This document shows, piece by piece, positions 61,101-64,000 of a stretch of 64,000 bases of DNA (position 1 is the first letter of the stretch; each line of letters opens with the position of its first letter). Under the pieces are notes generated by a model. The model saw nothing but the letters and a program-made list of their open reading frames with translations. It was not told the DNA's origin and did not search any database. The translations under genes and the position numbers were made by a program. Source of the stretch: Ramazzottius varieornatus (lineage: Eukaryota > Animalia > Tardigrada). The DNA lies in assembly GCA_001949185.1 (NCBI GenBank), contig BDGG01000001.1, forward strand, positions 6,051,591 to 6,115,590, in the 5' to 3' direction.

Positions 61101-64000
61101 CCAGAAGCACCCACAGTTCCACATTTCTTCTGAGCAACTGCTGATGGGTTTCGGCAAGAAGCTGAGCCACTTCCGAGAGAAGAGAGCGGTAACTCTGCAG
61201 CCTCCAAGAGGCCGAGATGGGACTTCCCCGCAGAAAGCGAGACGAGGACGGAAACCTTTGTTTGCTTCGTACTGTTGCGTCTTGTTTCGGAAAGTTCCTC
61301 CTTGGTTCTTTTGTATGCTTCCTACTACATGTGCACTGCATTTTACAGTTTTTGCCGCGTCGAAAGATCGAGTTTTGCTTTTTAGAAACCACGAGATACC
61401 CTTCGTGACAAGTTCCGTTTCTTCTGACACCATTCTTCGAAGATTGGATCCATAAAACCACCAGAGGTCCAGAACCACTGCATCGCAAAGTTATGAAATC
61501 GGTCCGCGATCGACGATCTTTCTAGGAAGTAATTTTCAGGGAAGACTTTCTTCAAGAACTTCAAGATTTGGCTTGAGGGTAGTTTGCCCGCTGGAACCAT
61601 TCTAGTTATGTACGAAATGGCAACAGCTGCCCTCTCCAAGTTATGCTGGCTAAGGGCTCTTTAGTTTCCGAGTGTATCTAAGTTGTGCGGCGACGGCTCG
61701 TCTTCTCTAGTGTAATATCCCGCGATAATAGTATTCAAGGCTTGGTCGTGGCTGTAACGAAAGCATGGTCAATAGTGAATTAACAGTAAAGCGTATCTGA
61801 GTCTCCTTACTATTGAGTGTCTCCGACCCTGTAACCAACGCATGTAAAGTTTAGTTGGCCTTGAACCTCCAGTATCCTTCCAGTTTTGTGCCAGACAAAC
61901 TGCGCTCTAGAATAAGGTTATATGGGTTTTCTGAAAAGCTGCACGAAACGGTACCGAAGGTTGCGTTCCTTTACAGGACATTGCGCAGTGAACGTCGGTA
62001 TTCGACCTTCACCAAAGAACGTCGGAAAAAGCCGGTACTCCACGTTTTCTCCAACACGCAGCCTGGAGTCACCTGTAGCGAAGCAAACGACCACGGACTC
62101 GCATTAGGGCGGTTCATTGTGATGGTCGCGTATCTTGCTCTAATGGCCGCCCAAAAGAAACTGAACTTTCCTCCTCCAACTTATCCCGTCCCGCTGTGCT
62201 GGTCATATACCACTCCAGCTATCTGCACGTGTCTGAGAGAAGCAGGTGGTATCTACAAGACGTTCAGATCTTCTGACATCAATGAAAAGCGGAAACTTGC
62301 CTTCTCTGAGTCGATATCGGAGCCCAACTGGAAGTCCTGTTTATTTTGCTTGATTTACTGCCTTCTGACACTGGCATCCTTGCTTTTCGTTCTCATTTTC
62401 CCCTTCGTGCACCTTCACAGTGAACAGTACGCCGGACAGTGCACAGACGCGAGTGTCTTAAACACTACGTATAATCGCAGTACCCTGCATACCCTGCTTA
62501 ATTATGATAGTAAAATTCAAAAGAGCCGATTTTCGGCCATTTTTAATTATCTATTACAATCATTAAAATAATACTGTTATCCTAGTCCGAAGTTCATCTT
62601 GAAGACCAACCCGCCCCAGAGAAAAAGCGGTTCGCCATAATTTCACGTGCACTTCACGCTGAGTTTGAAGCTCAGTAAAAGCTGACGCCATGACGTTATC
62701 TGAGCGTAAACTGAGCATATTTAAATTTTGCGCTCAATTCATGCTCATTTCTAGCTGAAAAATCAGGGAACTTTTGACTTTCCGAAGAACTGTTCTTGGA
62801 GACAGCGGGAACTGAGAACTGGCTAGAGCGGGAAGTTTTGCTATAACATACTACTCTAAGCTGCCGATCAGACATCTGTCGCATACTCTGCCGCGTGGGC
62901 GTACGGTAAGACACTGCGCACTGCCCTACGGTGCAAGTTCGCGATGTACAGTATGATCGAAATGATCTGTGCACTAACGGCGTAGGCTCTCGTATCTAGA
63001 TATCCTTGATGTGTGACAAGGTATATCAACTTTCTCTAGCGGAAGTTTTCGGTCTTGGCTACTGTTCATGGTACTTTCAGCTGCCGGTAAAATCTTTATG
63101 CTGGGGAGAAAATTTTGAATGCGTAGAACCTTCTTGGAACATCCCTTTGTGAATCTATGCCAAGGTTGAGCCCATCGAAAAAAATAAATAATTATGGCCG
63201 CTTGTCTATTGTTCTTCTTTATGACGGCAATGCAGGGGACCTAGCGTAGGGTCTTTGCGATGGAAGTTACGGTACGTCAGCTAGGATTTCATCCGCGAAC
63301 TTTCCCATCCTTTTGTAAGTCACACATCGATCTCAACCGGTGGCTTTTGTTATAGCTAAGTTTGACACCAAAGTTGAAGACATTGTGCCGGCTTGAAGCA
63401 TGAACGAAAAATGGTTTATCGTAAAAGAAGAAACGTTAAAGGAGAAAGGTTAAGGTGCAGCCCGAAAAAAGAACTTGTTGCCCGGTTAGCGTTCAGTGAC
63501 GTCTCTTACATAACGCTGATCAGAATGTTCGTATCACGGCCGTCAGTAAGAGGTGCACCATGGTGCAGTGGAACCCAAACTCGGGGTCCTTCAGACTTTC
63601 TCTGCCGTGAGGTCAACGGAATTTTGAGCGTCCGTCGTTCTTACAGTGAGAGGAAATCTGGCTGCACCTCCTCCTGGGATCATGACACGAACCACATATG
63701 GCTAACGGCACCTATGAGTGCTGAGTAGAGTGGCACCTCGAACGTCGACATCCTAACCCACCTTGATGGGATTTCTATCTCTACACCGGTAACCGAAAAT
63801 AACTATGCGTTTGTATACGACGAAAACGGCTTTCTCAAGACCGATTACTACGTTCGCGTCTTTGTTTGTTGGAGGACTGTTTGTTGGAATATGAATGGTT
63901 ACCGGAATGGCCACGGGACGCCGGCGAGTGCGGGTGGTGGTGGCTGTGTTGCGCAGCGTTGGCCAGGGCCGACAAGGCCTGCCGATCACAAATGAACTTG

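Noticed and set aside
59199-62571. Several 100-240 aa ORFs with some splice-like signals
   Set aside because: No consistent frame or recognisable domain. Possibly a degenerate gene or TE, but unsupported without a homology search.

Overview
Eukaryotic (animal) genomic DNA with very short GT-AG introns and two 50-N assembly gaps. The compact introns, the lineage-specific ANF-receptor-like and GPCR genes and the hydrophilic orphan ORF suggest a compact invertebrate genome, possibly a tardigrade (inference, not verified). The core is a gene-dense, TE-poor island at 29.9-41.3 kb: TMEM121-family, ITM2/BRICHOS, SUCLA2, OPA3, a 96-aa His-rich hydrophilic orphan ORF and VKORC1. Both flanks are dominated by DNA transposons: a full-length intron-containing pogo/Tigger, a DD37D maT, an intron-containing hAT with an inverted deletion derivative, and several MITE families. 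The flanks also carry lineage-specific or decaying membrane-protein genes (ANF-receptor-like, CUB/LDLa-like, class A GPCR). The most interesting items are the orphan hydrophilin-like ORF, the ITM2-SUCLA2 adjacency (these genes are also near-neighbours in human 13q14), the catalytically altered but open-frame spliced Tigger, and a dispersed TGGCGCA-N27-TGCGCCA mini-element. No CRISPR, rRNA or prokaryotic system was found. All calls were made by eye; no searches were run.
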